From positions 17,918,001 to 17,982,000 of the forward strand of contig OX597840.1 in NCBI GenBank assembly GCA_951406725.2: DNA of 64,000 bases. Direction: 5' to 3'. The translations under genes and the position numbers were made by a program. Of this stretch, positions 12,589 through 25,133 are shown piece by piece (position 1 is the stretch's first letter; each line of letters opens with the position of its first letter). Under the pieces are notes generated by a model. The model was not told the DNA's origin, ran no database searches, and worked only from the letters and a program-made list of their open reading frames with translations. The stretch comes from Octopus vulgaris. Its lineage: Eukaryota.

Positions 12589-12782
12589 CTGTGTTTGTCC
12601 ACCTAACATGACTTGACAACCGATGCTGGTGTGTTTACGTCCCCGTCACCTAGCGGTTCGGCAAAAGAGACCAATAGAATAAGTCCTAGGCTTACAAATA
12701 ATAAGTTCTGGTGTCGATTTGCTCGACTAAAAGGCAGTGCTCCAGCATGGCCACAATCAAATGACTGAAACAAGTAAAAGAG
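11848..12782 (+). mobile_element. Two family A SINE copies (11848-12250, 12372-12782); an inverted partial copy lies at 11405-11553
   Basis: TGGCTGTGTGGTAAG head, GTTCAGTC B box and the family 3' tail. Confidence 0.85.
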
Positions 12783-13283
12783 TATTCTATCACTACTGGG
12801 TTGTATAGAAACATCCTGAATTGCTCTTTTAGGGACGATTCAGAAACATTTGAGTGCTTTTTGTTTCAATTGCCATTTATTAGTCTCTGAGAGAAGAAGA
12901 GAAGAAGAGAAAGAGCTCTATAAATGGTCTTTAAAAAGCTGCCAGTGTTGGAGGTACTATATATTTTCGAGAATCTGAATTTTCATGTATTTGATCTTTT
13001 AATTTTTTGAGAATATAAAAAGATTCAACAACAGAAACATTTAACTTCTTTTTCTCTTCGTTGTTCCCTCATTTTCTTCTTTCTGATTTTTCCTTTCGTA
13101 TTTTTAGCTTATTCTCTTCTGTAACGGTTATCAAATACCTCCTTAAGTCTGTCATGGCTGACTATCGTTACACGGACGCTTAAACTGATTAAATAAATAA
13201 ATAACCTTATCGTGCACTCTATATTAAGTATGCTTGCATTTACATCAATGTTTTGTTAAACCAAGCTAAGTTAATCGCCATAT

Positions 13284-13650
13284 TTTTCTCATACCTTACC
13301 AGTTGCAATCGTAAACTAGAACAAAGTCAAAAATTCAGTACTTGCAAAGAAGTTCTGTTGCACCAGTGTAAAACATTCAGATGCAGTATTAACTTACGTC
13401 CAAATGTTGCTTAATTTTCTCATACCTTTCCACTTAATGCAACCACAAATCGAAACAAGATGGTGAATTCAAAGTCTGTTTGCCATTCTTTGCTATGACG
13501 GCATTAATATCGTCTGCTGCAGTATTAATTCACGGCAGACTATCATTTATAGTTCTTCATGCCTTTTCAAGTACAACCACAAATCTAAAACGATGGCAGT
13601 TTAAAGTTTTACTATTTTACAATGATACCGTTTATATCGTCTGCTACTAT
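13284..13650. repeat. Degenerate ~135-bp tandem repeat (x3, partial extra copy at 13893-13945)
   Basis: Recurring TTCTCATACCTT, CAACCACAAATC and ATATCGTCTGCT motifs. Confidence 0.6.
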
Positions 13651-13944
13651 AATTAATAATTAGTGAAAAGTGAAAACTAAATATATGTAAAAATCAAGAG
13701 ATAAACAGTCAAACTTTAATCTGCCTTCATCGTATCCAGATTTCTCAATGAATAAAACCTATCAAACACTGAGCAAGGTTAACAAACGAATATTTTCTTG
13801 GCATCAAACAGACAATATTCCTTAGAACTAAATTCTATCATTGCTACCTTTGTGGGGAAGATTCGCAAAACATACTGCCTTATTTGTTCGAAGTTTGCCA
13901 TTCTTTGCTATGGTAACATTAATATCGTCTGCTGTAATATCAAT

Positions 13945-14260
13945 TTAAGACAGCAACCGCCATTACACTCTCCGGCTGGATTCCTATGCGTGACCAACTG
14001 GTCGATGGATATTATCCAAACCTTTCGCTCTTGATCTACTACTAGGTCTCCTGCCGGTCGGTGAAGCTTGAAGAATCTGTCTTGCGCTTATTTCCTGTGA
14101 CATTCTAATTACGTACATATCGGTCGTACCACAGTTGTGACTCCTCATTGCCAAGAAGTAACGGCTTGACCTGAAGAGACTCGCTAATCTGCGAGATACA
14201 CAGCCAATCGTGTAACATTTCTCCAGAGATCCTTCGAAAGAACTCCTCTATTTTTGTAAA
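13945..14260 (-). mobile_element. RTE-like LINE 3' fragment
   Basis: VKPLLLGNEESQLWYDRYV / MSQEISARQILQASPTGRRPSSRSRAKGLDNI matches the RTE C-terminal 'QLRWFGHV.RM...GRRP.GRPR.RW.D' pattern. Confidence 0.65.
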
Positions 14261-14745
14261 TATCAAACATTCATGTAAACAATATGACGCAATATTTATT
14301 TGCAAAAGAATATTGAAATATATTCTGATAGTATATCAAGATCTGATCTAGTTTATTATTTTTACTTTGAATAGCCTTAACATATCCAGGTGAGACATTA
14401 ATTTAAACTAGCATCGCTCTGTTTTGCAACTGTAAATTGAAACAGGATGATGAACTGAGAACTCGTCTGGAATTTTTGGCGATGATAGCAAAAACGTATT
14501 CCGGTGCAGGGTTAAATTTCAGTCGACTAACGTTTGATTTTCTTAGAGATTGCAACTGCAATTGCAGAAGAACTACGTGCATAAGTGCATAGTTAGACAT
14601 ATGATCTGTATGTGCCTTACAGCTTTGAAATACGAATTGAAACTCCACCCAACTTAATGTAGGGCTAGGTTGAGCTAAGAGATAAGAGCTGGATGCATTC
14701 ACCTTCCAATATTGTAACAACTTACTGGTAAACATAAACACACGT

Positions 14746-14781
<36 letters not shown>

Positions 14782-14860
14782 ACATAATATATATACATAT
14801 ACCATATACACATACACACACACAATCACAGAGACAGATGTGCATATATATATATGTATA

Positions 14861-14955
<95 letters not shown>

Positions 14956-14975
14956 ATATATATTATATATATATA

Positions 14976-15028
<53 letters not shown>

Positions 15029-15146
15029 GTCACATGAGCAGGGCGGCAGCTAAACATGTTTTGTGTAGATAATTATGACATAGCTAAAGAAGACACTAGT
15101 ATATATATATGCACACAGACACGTCTATATATATACATATATATAC

Positions 15147-15186
<40 letters not shown>

Positions 15187-15477
15187 GTGTGCGAAGAAGA
15201 CTAGGTGAAAGTGATGGGGAGATTATATTAGATTATATAGTCATATAAAAACATATACACATATGCACCACGTGCACACAGGCACACTCACATATGCGTA
15301 CATGCACGCATATATGCATACACACGCACACACAGACCCAGACAGATGGACAGGCTGACAGACAGACAGACAGTTAGAAAAACATAGACAGCTTTATAAA
15401 TACGCACATTTAGGCATAAATAAATACGTATGTTAGCAAATACGTTGGTTGGACGATAGACAGACAGATAGACAGAC

Positions 15478-15555
<78 letters not shown>

Positions 15556-15592
15556 GCAGACAGACACAGAGACACACAGACAGACAGTTAGC

Positions 15593-15654
<62 letters not shown>

Positions 15655-15699
15655 GCAGACAGACACAGAGACACACAGACAGACAAGCAGACAAAAAGT

Positions 15700-15789
<90 letters not shown>

Positions 15790-16143
15790 TGTTTCTTTAT
15801 TAGCCACTCAGGGCTGCACACAGATAGAACAAATTACAAGGTAGAGCTTTTCTTTTGGGGGTAAAAAAAAGAGAGTGGTGGTTTTCGATCAAAAGGGATC
15901 GTAAAAGGAAAGAAAAAGGACAAAAAAAGGGAGGGGTTTAAAAAGGGGGGAGAAAAAAAATGAATAATAGGGATCGTTATCACAGAAATGTCAATATGAA
16001 GTGTAAAGGGGAGGACAGGTGAGGTTTACCCGTGGAAAGAAAAGCCTACGGAAAAGACCACGGTAACCTCAGTCAATGAAGTCACATGCTATATTTCTTT
16101 TTTTTTTTTTTTTTTGCAAATAAGCAACTCTCTGTATTAATTT
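15790..16143 (-). mobile_element. 3' end of an unclassified retroelement embedded in (GATA)n
   Basis: Ends in GGCTAATAAAGAAAC + (ATCT)n. Related termini occur at 6075-6135 and 40441-40466. Confidence 0.55.
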
Positions 16144-16144
16144 T

Positions 16145-16223
<79 letters not shown>

Positions 16224-16384
16224 GCAGACAGACAAGCAGACAAAAAGTTAGATAGATAGATAGATAGATAGATAGACAGACATACAGACAGACAGATAGA
16301 TAGACAGACAGACAGAGAGACAGGTAGACAGTCATTATATTCCCGTAAATTTGAAATAACTAAAACGTTAAATAATGGCCCCAT

Positions 16385-16395
16385 CAAAATGGCGG
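16385..16395 (+). promoter_or_regulatory. YY1/Pho-type motif CAAAATGGCGG in a CpG-containing unique patch
   Basis: Motif match only. Confidence 0.25.
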
Positions 16396-17117
16396 ATTGT
16401 ATCGTCTGTTTTTTTGGTAACGCATCCGATCACAATAGACATGTAGAAACATTACCGACTTCACCTCCACACTGTCATCACATATTGCATGAACTAACGT
16501 AACCAGATACCGAACACAACATCTCCGACATACCATCAGGCGCACGAGCATATGTATTCATTCGTTTACCTGCAATACGTGCGTCTGTGCATGTCTCTAT
16601 GTTTGTGTATGAATATATATATATGCGTGTATATATGTGTACATATAAGTACGTTTGTAATTGTATATTTATATTCACAAAAACATACATATACACACGT
16701 GTGCATGCGTATAAATGTTTGCATGTATGTATATATGGATAAGTTCACACACATACACACATGCATGTGTCCGTGTTCGTATATATACATGCACCTTCAC
16801 AAATGTGTGTATAAAATTATATATGTACATATCTTTGAGCCTGTAGGAATAAGTGTGAGTAGACATGCTTTTGGTCCTTTTAGATGTCAGCTTTTCTGGG
16901 GAAATAATTATTTCTTCATAAAATTAGGCGGGATTGAAAATCTGAATTTGAAAGAAAAAAATGTAAAGAAAAAAATGTATAAAATTCACATGCTTACATT
17001 CTTTTTAATTACTTAATACGAGGTTCTCATGGTTCCTGATTGGCGTTAATCATGAATAGTATGATTACCATATATATATATGTATGTATACATGCATACA
17101 TATACATGTATACATAT

Positions 17118-17176
<59 letters not shown>

Positions 17177-17204
17177 CCAAAGTGTATGAACACCGCTACA
17201 TGTT

Positions 17205-17760
17205 TTTATATATAAAAAAAATACAAAATGGGACAAGAACGCAAAACATCCAGACAGTTAGGTGATACAAGAAAGGCACAACAAAACATCCAGATAGATG
17301 ATACAAAGAAAATAGGGACAGGTCATTCGGAGTTTTCCTTCCTCAGTCAAGTTCCAGGTTATCTTTGCAATTTCAGCCGGTTATACTTGAGATTGCTCCA
17401 ATCTGGCCAGCCCCAAGGGAAAAACTAAGCTAAGAGCATTAGATTCCTTGGAAGAAAGCAGTGAATGTATACGAAAACAAGGACGGAAAAAAACGGAGAA
17501 TGTTACACAAATACAAATGACAGGACATAACAACAGGTGTCTTTCGACTAAGGACGAATGAAATTAGGTTGGCATGTGTGGAAGTAAAGCCTTACGGCAG
17601 AGATACAGGATTTTACGGGCACAGGGAGGAATATAGATGTTGCACGGATGGTAGTCGAACCCCGAAAGAAAGGTCAGGCCTGGCCGAACACCGGTCACGT
17701 GGGGACAGAAGAGAGAGAGAGTTAGAGGCAGAGGGATAGAAGAAATAAGGAGGGTGAGAA
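17205..17760. mobile_element. (TA)n-embedded element, same family as 20975-21240
   Basis: Direct sequence similarity. Confidence 0.6.
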
Positions 17761-18063
17761 ATATATATTCATATCTATACACACACACACACACACACAC
17801 ATGTATGTATGTATGCATGATGCATATCCCTTTCTCTCTCTCTGTATATTTATGTGCGTGTGTGTTCAAATGAAGCTTATAAACCTTAATAAGGGAAAAT
17901 AAAATCCAATGAAAATACTGGTTAGTTACCAATTTAAAGAGTGTTGAATATTAAAATTAATATTCAACTGTAAGGTAATTAGATAACCCTTGGTTTATAT
18001 ATATATTATGAAGATAAGAAAATAGAGGGATAATTAATAATTATAGATATATTAAAAAATTAA

Positions 18064-18095
18064 ACATCATCTCTGACAGCTGTCAGAGATGATGT
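18064..18095. repeat. Perfect 32-bp palindrome
   Basis: ACATCATCTCTGACAG|CTGTCAGAGATGATGT. Confidence 0.9.
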
Positions 18096-19191
18096 CAAAT
18101 ATACTAACTTAAAAGCCGCTGGATAGGGCGGATTTTAAGCTAGCTCCTATGAAAGGCTCTTCATTGGGCCTTGAGCCCAACAATGACACTTCATGCAGTG
18201 ATTCCTATTAAATTTTATCAAACTTGACCAATATTTTTCAAGCAATGAACAAGTTTTCTCAAAACATTGATATAATATGTCGACTTGGAACTTATTGTCT
18301 TCCCATTCGGGTGTCAGTACAATTTTTTTTCTGTCTAACCTCTTCTCTCTCCCTCTCTTTCTCTTGATTATTTTCAACCATCACCATCATCAGTACCACC
18401 GCCATCACCACTACAACTGCCATACACAAACCATTCAGACATTTTACGCCACCACCATCAGCAGCTTTGACTTCATTGCCTTCTCCTCCACCACCATCAC
18501 CACTGTCTTTCACATCCCTTACTATCACTGTCATGCTACCACCACCACCACCACCAACACCATCACCATTGCCTCCGCCTCTATCACAACTACAGCTCAT
18601 ACTATTACTCTCACCCCAGAAAGAGGAGTAGAAGTGCCAGTGAATAGTGAGAGAGGCGGTCAAATTGTCACACACTGACACACAGAAATTCGTTCTGGCA
18701 TTTATTATTGTGTGTGTGTATGTGTATATATATAGAGAGAGAGATTTAAAGAGCATGCATGTCTGCCAATAAATCTAAGCTATATGATTTACTATACTCT
18801 TCAATGGACATTATTCTCACTATGTGTGTGTGTCTGTGTCTGTATCTGGATACATGTGTGTGTGTAAGCATACTAGTGTGTGCATGTACACATATGCATA
18901 CACACACATACAGATAGACAGGTAAGTCCAGAATTTGCAAAATAAAATTACAAGAAATGAGAAAAAAATGATAGAGTTATAGAAAGAAAGAAAGAAAGAA
19001 AGAGGGAAGGAAGATGGCAAACAAAGAGGAAAGAAGGAAGAGATCGCGGAAGGAAGGGAAAGAGGGGGGAAGAAGAAGAGAAGAAAATGGCAGAATGAAA
19101 GTGTAAACAAATATAGCTGCTATTTAAATTACGTAGTCCCTGTGGAGGTGACATATGTGTGACGTGTGTGTGTATGTGTGTGTGTGTATAC

Positions 19192-19244
<53 letters not shown>

Positions 19245-19598
19245 ATCCATACTTATATGTATGTGTAGACACACACACACACACACTCATAAACATTCTA
19301 GCATATACACGTGCATGCAAATTTGTGTGTGCGTGTGTTTATATATCTATGTATGTAAGTATATATGTGTATGTCTGTATTGGTGAGTGTACACACAAGC
19401 AAACATTCACATACTGAATTGTGCACACGCATGCATGCACACACATGCATGCACACACACACACACACACACCTTTGTGTGTTAGAGGTAAAGTACCAGT
19501 GCATGGTATTCTCACAAAGATGTATTAACTTTGTGTAATGGAACTGAGGTATGTGTGTGGGGGATGTAGTGTGTGTGTGTATATATATATATATGTGT

Positions 19599-19654
<56 letters not shown>

Positions 19655-19662
<8 letters not shown>

Positions 19663-20055
19663 GGCATTATTACACATAAATGCCACACGCTAGGAGGGAC
19701 TTTTAAAGTCATAACTACCAAAAATAAACGAATCGTACTGAATGCAGCTCTCGAAGCAAGACATTTAAAAACATAATTTAGATCCAGATCACCTGTGATT
19801 TCGCAATTAACGTATTATCTACGTCTCTTGCTCTTCAGTGAAACGAATTCAAAATATATCATGAATGAACAAAACCAACATACCCGGCAGAGATAATACG
19901 TTAATTGCGAAATCACAGGTGATCTGGAACTAAATTCTGTTTTTAAATGTCTTGCTTCGAGAGCTGCATTCGGTACGATTCGTTTATTTTTGGTAGTTAT
20001 GACTTTAAGTCCCTCCTAGCGTATGGCATTTATGTGTAATAATGCCCTCTATATA
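19655..20055. repeat. Near-perfect inverted repeat (19655-19820 / 19891-20055) inserted in (TA)n
   Basis: ~165-bp arms with few mismatches and a 70-nt spacer. Confidence 0.9.
19781..19844 (-). ncRNA. Type I hammerhead ribozyme with intact core
   Basis: GTTTCA-CTGAAGA-GCAA(GAG ACGTA GATAA TACGT TAA)TTGC-GAAA-TCAC AG GTGA-TC-TGGATC. All core bases are present, with a G-C first pair in stem II and an AUC cleavage triplet. Confidence 0.8.
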
Positions 20056-20166
20056 ATATAAATAAATATTTTCAAGTGAAAAAATTTACAGATTTTTCTC
20101 TTATGAGGTTTTTCACGCTAACTACCTGATAATTTCTTATTAAGATTTTATCCTAATTTTTTAAAA

Positions 20167-20212
<46 letters not shown>

Positions 20213-20402
20213 CAAATAAGAAAATGGAGGAACCGATTCCTTTCAATCATCGACTTACAGATAATACCAATTAATATTATTTATTAACTACATAAATAGG
20301 AACATCCAAATCCAACAAAACAAAACAACATATATCAATAAGTAAGATAATAATACCATAAGAATAATATGTATGTATGTATATATATATAATCATTTAT
20401 AT

Positions 20403-20618
20403 GCAAGGGGTGCTGGAAATTTCCTGGCTTTAAGGGTATCATGAAAGGCCTGGTTGGAGGCCCAACTTACCAAGCTCTTTAACAGGGCTTAGAAAAACTG
20501 AAGGACTGCTGGAATAAATGGGTGAATCTGAAAGAGGAATATGTTGAATAAAATCATAATTAACTGGTCCTCTTGCATTTTCTTTTATTCAAAGCCAGAA
20601 AATTTTCATCACCCTCAC
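20403..20618. mobile_element. Mariner-derived MITE
   Basis: Termini GGGGTGCTGGAAATTTCCTGGCTTT and AAAGCCAGAAAATTTTCATCACCC. Confidence 0.6.
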
Positions 20619-20630
20619 GTGTTTATATAT

Positions 20631-20690
<60 letters not shown>

Positions 20691-20974
20691 GTCGTCGTCG
20701 TCGTCGTCGTTTAACGTCCACTTTCCATGCTGGTTTGACTGAGGACTGGTGAGCCAGAGGTTGCACCAGGCTCAATCTGATCTGGCAAACAGACGTTAAA
20801 TGATGATGATAATCTCCTTTAGAGAGACTTAGTAATTTTAATATTTCTATTATATATATATGTATGTATGTGTATATTTATGTATACATACATACACACA
20901 CATGCATATATATATATATACACACACACACATACACATACATATATACATACATATAATTATATATATATATA

Positions 20975-21440
20975 TCGCAAAATATACAGACAGTTTGGTG
21001 ATACAAGAACAGGACAACAAAACATCCAGATAGATGACACAAAGAAAACAAGGACGAGTCATTCGGAGTTTTCTTTCCTCAGTCGAGTTCCAGATTATCT
21101 TTGCAATTTCAGCTGGTTATACTCAAGATTGCTCCAATCTGGCCAGCCCCAAGGAAAAAACTAAGCTAAGAGCATTAGATTCTTTGGGAGAAAGCAGCGA
21201 ATGTATACGAAAACAAGGACGGAAAAAAATGGAGAAGGTTACACGGTCAGATTGAAGCAATCGCGAGTATAACCAGCCGAAATTGCAAAGATAACCTGAA
21301 ACTCAACTGAGGAAAAAAACTCCGAATGACACGTCCTTGTTTTCTTTGTATCGTCTATCTGGATGTTTTGTTGTCCCTTTCTTGCATCACCTAACTGTCT
21401 GGATGTTTTGTGTTCTTGTCCCATTTTGTATTTTCATATA
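20975..21440. repeat. Inverted repeat formed by the (TA)n-embedded family (arms ~20985-21144 / 21244-21402)
   Basis: Diverged reverse-complement arms around a ~100-nt spacer. Confidence 0.8.
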
Positions 21441-21451
21441 TATATATATAT

Positions 21452-21866
21452 AGGTGCAGGAGTGGCTGTGTGGTAAGTAGCTTGTTTACCAACCACATGG
21501 TTCCGGGTTCAGTCCCACTGCGTGGCACCTTGGGCAAGTGTCTTCTACTAAAGCCTCGGGCCGACCAAAGCCTTGTGAGTGGATTTTTAGATGGAAACTT
21601 AAAGAAGCCCGTCGTATATATGTATATATGTATATATATGCATGTGTGTGTTTGTGTGTCTGTATTTGTCACCTCCAACATCGCTTGACAACCGATGCTG
21701 GTGTGTTTGCGTCCCCGTGACTTAGCGGTTCGGCAAAAGAGACCAATAGAATAAGTACTAGGCTTACAAAAGAATAAGTCCCGGGATCGAGTTGCACGAT
21801 TAAAGGCGATGCTCCAGCATGGCCGCAGTCAAATGACTGAAACAAGTAAAAGAGTAAAAGAGAGAG
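21452..21866 (+). mobile_element. Family A SINE, full length
   Basis: tRNA-like head, GGCACCTTGGGCAAGTG CORE-like segment and (GTAAAAGA)n tail. Confidence 0.9.
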
Positions 21867-21898
21867 AATATATATATAGTGGCGTACATACACTTTGG

Positions 21899-21968
<70 letters not shown>

Positions 21969-22051
21969 CCATATGTTAGTTTATGTCTCTGGCTGTCTTG
22001 CCTTCCTCTTCTGTCTATCCATTTATCTATTTGTCCATATGTTTCAAACAC

Positions 22052-22198
<147 letters not shown>

Positions 22199-22712
22199 CA
22201 AATGTATACATCTGTGCACATACGTCTAAACGAAAAGATGCTGCAATGTCTCATGAGATGAGTAGTACATCCTATACGTATATATATATATTTACATATA
22301 CATATATATATATCATCATCATCATCATCATATATGAATGACAGTGTTGTTTATCATCCCAAACAGCTGATGAGAGTTGTGATAATACACAATATCTTCT
22401 CAATTATCAGTTACCCCAAAATTGCTTTAAAGTGGGGGGGGGGCCAGACTTGGGTATCTCATTAGAGGGCTGATAACCTTAACTAATCTCTCTATTTCTC
22501 TCTCTCACTTTTTCTCTCGTGCAGACACACACACACACTTTTGCACATATATTCACACACATGAAGCTACATACATTCATAAGTAATGTTAAACGGTTGG
22601 GGGTGGGGACAATGGTGCTGTGTGGTGTGGGGAATGTTCACCACAAGACACGAACACACACACACACACACACACACACAGAGATATTTACATGTATAAA
22701 ACTTGATTCTGT

Positions 22713-23050
22713 CAGTCATGATGACCATGGGTGCATCTAAGAGGTTCCCCTCGGGGGGGGGGTTACAAGTCTGGGCAGAAAGTCACCTCACAAGTGACCG
22801 TACAACCTAGGGTTGTTTTTTATGGAAGACCAGCAGCCGCCCATACACACCGGCGTCCCCTCTCCATGCCACCAATGTTATCCAAGGGAAAGGCAAAGGG
22901 GCCGATACAGCTTGGCACTAGTGATGCCGCAACTCATTTCTACAGCTGGGTGAAAAGGGAGCAACATGAAATAAAGTGTCTTGCTCAAGAACACAACACA
23001 CAGCCCGGTCCGGAAATCAAACTCACAACCTCACAGTTGTAATCTTGACA
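22713..23050 (-). mobile_element. Meta-domain-like tRNA SINE
   Basis: Homologous to 33131-33461 (GTGTTGTGTTCTTGAGCAAG-CACTTTA...CAGCTGTAGAAATGAGT). Confidence 0.7.
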
Positions 23051-23054
23051 CTCC

Positions 23055-23162
23055 AGCACTTATAGTGTTTCAAGCATGATGCTAATCTTCAGCCATTTTG
23101 AATTTGAATTCAAACTGAAAATGACTGAAGATTAGCATCACACTTGAAACTGAAGAGTACCA
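23055..23162. ncRNA. Divergent inverted pair of degenerate hammerhead-like motifs
   Basis: Minus strand: TGG-CTGAAGA-TTAGCA TCA TGCTT-GAAAC ACT ATA AGT GC. Plus strand: TGA-CTGAAGA-TTAGCATCACACTT-GAAACTGAAGAG-TA-CCA. Confidence 0.5.
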
Positions 23163-23403
23163 ACGAATTTGAATCAAACTGTTTTGATCCCTACAACCAA
23201 TAATTGTGTTGAATGCACTTCTTCCGTTTGTCCACTCACTCGTATACACATACACTCACACACACACACAAAAACAACACACATACATTAAAGATACGAC
23301 TGGCATGTATGTATTCAGATGTATATGTATGTATACAGACACACACACAAATATTTATAATATGTGTGTATATACAAATATATATATATATGTATATGTA
23401 TAT

Positions 23404-23454
<51 letters not shown>

Positions 23455-23855
23455 ATATATAAACACTCATGCTTGCATTTATCAAACCTAAAATGAGGTG
23501 TCAGCTGGTTTTTGATATATTCTGGATAGCAATTATCACACACTTTGATAAATTTCTGATATTCTCTATCACACATCAATGATGTGCAGAAATGATATAT
23601 CATACACTCACACATTCACTCACATACACGTCACCCTCTCTCTCTCTCTCCCCCTCTCCCTCCCTCCCTCTCTCCCTCTCTCCTCCTACTCTCTCCTTCT
23701 CTCCCATACCTGCTTACACCTATTTCTAAGTGAAAGGATGCTTGTACGGTATGTCTCATGGGATATATGGCAAATAAACAGGTTCACAGATATATCTGCA
23801 TACGTGTGTGTATGTGTCGCTGTTGGTCTGTGTATGAATCTGTTTGTGTGCATGC

Positions 23856-23907
<52 letters not shown>

Positions 23908-24081
23908 GAAAGTTGTAGCAAGACAGACAGAGAATTAAATATAAAAAGAAAAACAATAATGAAATACAATCTGTGAAATATTTAGTTCTGGCCAATATTT
24001 CGCTTAGAAAATCCCTTCACAAAGACTTTAAGGGAGAAAAGAGAGAAAATGGGGGAGGGGGCATCATCATCATCATCATCA

Positions 24082-24480
24082 TCGTTTAACTTCTGCTTTC
24101 CATGCTGGCATGGGTTGGATGATTTGACTGAGGACTGGCAAACCAGATGGCTGCACCAGGCTCCAATCTGACCTGGCAAGGTTTCTATAGCTGGATGCCC
24201 TTACTAATGCTAACCACTCCGAGAGTGTAGTGCTTTTTACATGCTACCAGCACGGGGGCCAGTAAGGTGGCACTGGCATCAACCACACTTGTATGGTGCC
24301 TTTTATGCTCCACCAGCATGGGAGCCACTCAGGTGGCACTGGCATCGACCACTCACAAATGGTACATTTTATGTGCCACCTGCATGGGAGCCAGTCAGGT
24401 GGCACTGGCATTGACCATGTTTGTATGGTGCCTTTTACGTGCCGCTGGCATGGGAGCCAGCCTGGTGGCACTGGCGTCGC
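24082..24480 (-). mobile_element. (GAT)n-tailed SINE-like element with an internal ~65-bp tandem array (x4)
   Basis: AAGGGCATCCAGCT-TAGAAAC...CATGCCAGCATGGAAA 3' end. Other copies lie at 20710-20810, 25825-26080, 30662-30960, 36025-36285 and 41159-41330. Confidence 0.75.
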
Positions 24481-25133
24481 CCATCAATGTGGATTTATAT
24501 GACCATGGTAGCCATATTGGACGACATAATGTGGTTATTCATGCATCAGTTGAATGCATCCTTTACTCAATTCAGTCATTGAACTGCGGCCATGCTGGAG
24601 CAAAACTTTGAAGTGTTTAGGCGAACAAGCTGATCCCAGAATGGCATTTTTAAATGTCTGGTACATTTTCTATTGGTCCCTTTTGCCGAACTTATAACTT
24701 ATGGGGATGTAAACAAACCAACACTTGCTATCAAGTGGTGGAAGGGGAAACACAAAAATGTGCATGTGCACACACACACACACACACATACACACATACA
24801 TATATATATAAATACTTACAGAGAGAGACAGATAGCCTGGTGGGTAGGTAGGTAGGAAGGTTGGTAGGAGACAGACAGATAGATATAGACAAACAGACAG
24901 ACAGACAGGTAGATAGATAAATAGATAGATAGATAGATAAGTAGATAGATAGGTATGTAGGTAGGTAGGGGACAGACAGATAGATATAGACAAGCAAGAC
25001 AGACAGACAGATAGGTAGGTAGGTAGGTAGGCAGGCAGATAGACCGATAGATATTGACAGACAGACCGATATTTAGAGAGACAAGACCTCAACTCAGTTT
25101 CTGTCTCTCAAACTCATTCACAAAACACTGACA

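Noticed and set aside
21244-21330. Hammerhead in the 9655/17205/20975/27155 family (CTGAGGA, CCGAAATTGC)
   Set aside because: The core elements could not be arranged with consistent stems by eye.
22366-22410. CTGATGAG followed by a hairpin (similar partial motifs at 30396 and 49337)
   Set aside because: GAAA or CTGA is missing and stem I is unconvincing, so these were not counted.
24240-24480. CRISPR-like repeat-spacer appearance
   Set aside because: Whole units are homologous with no unique spacers, the context is a eukaryotic SINE, and there are no cas genes.
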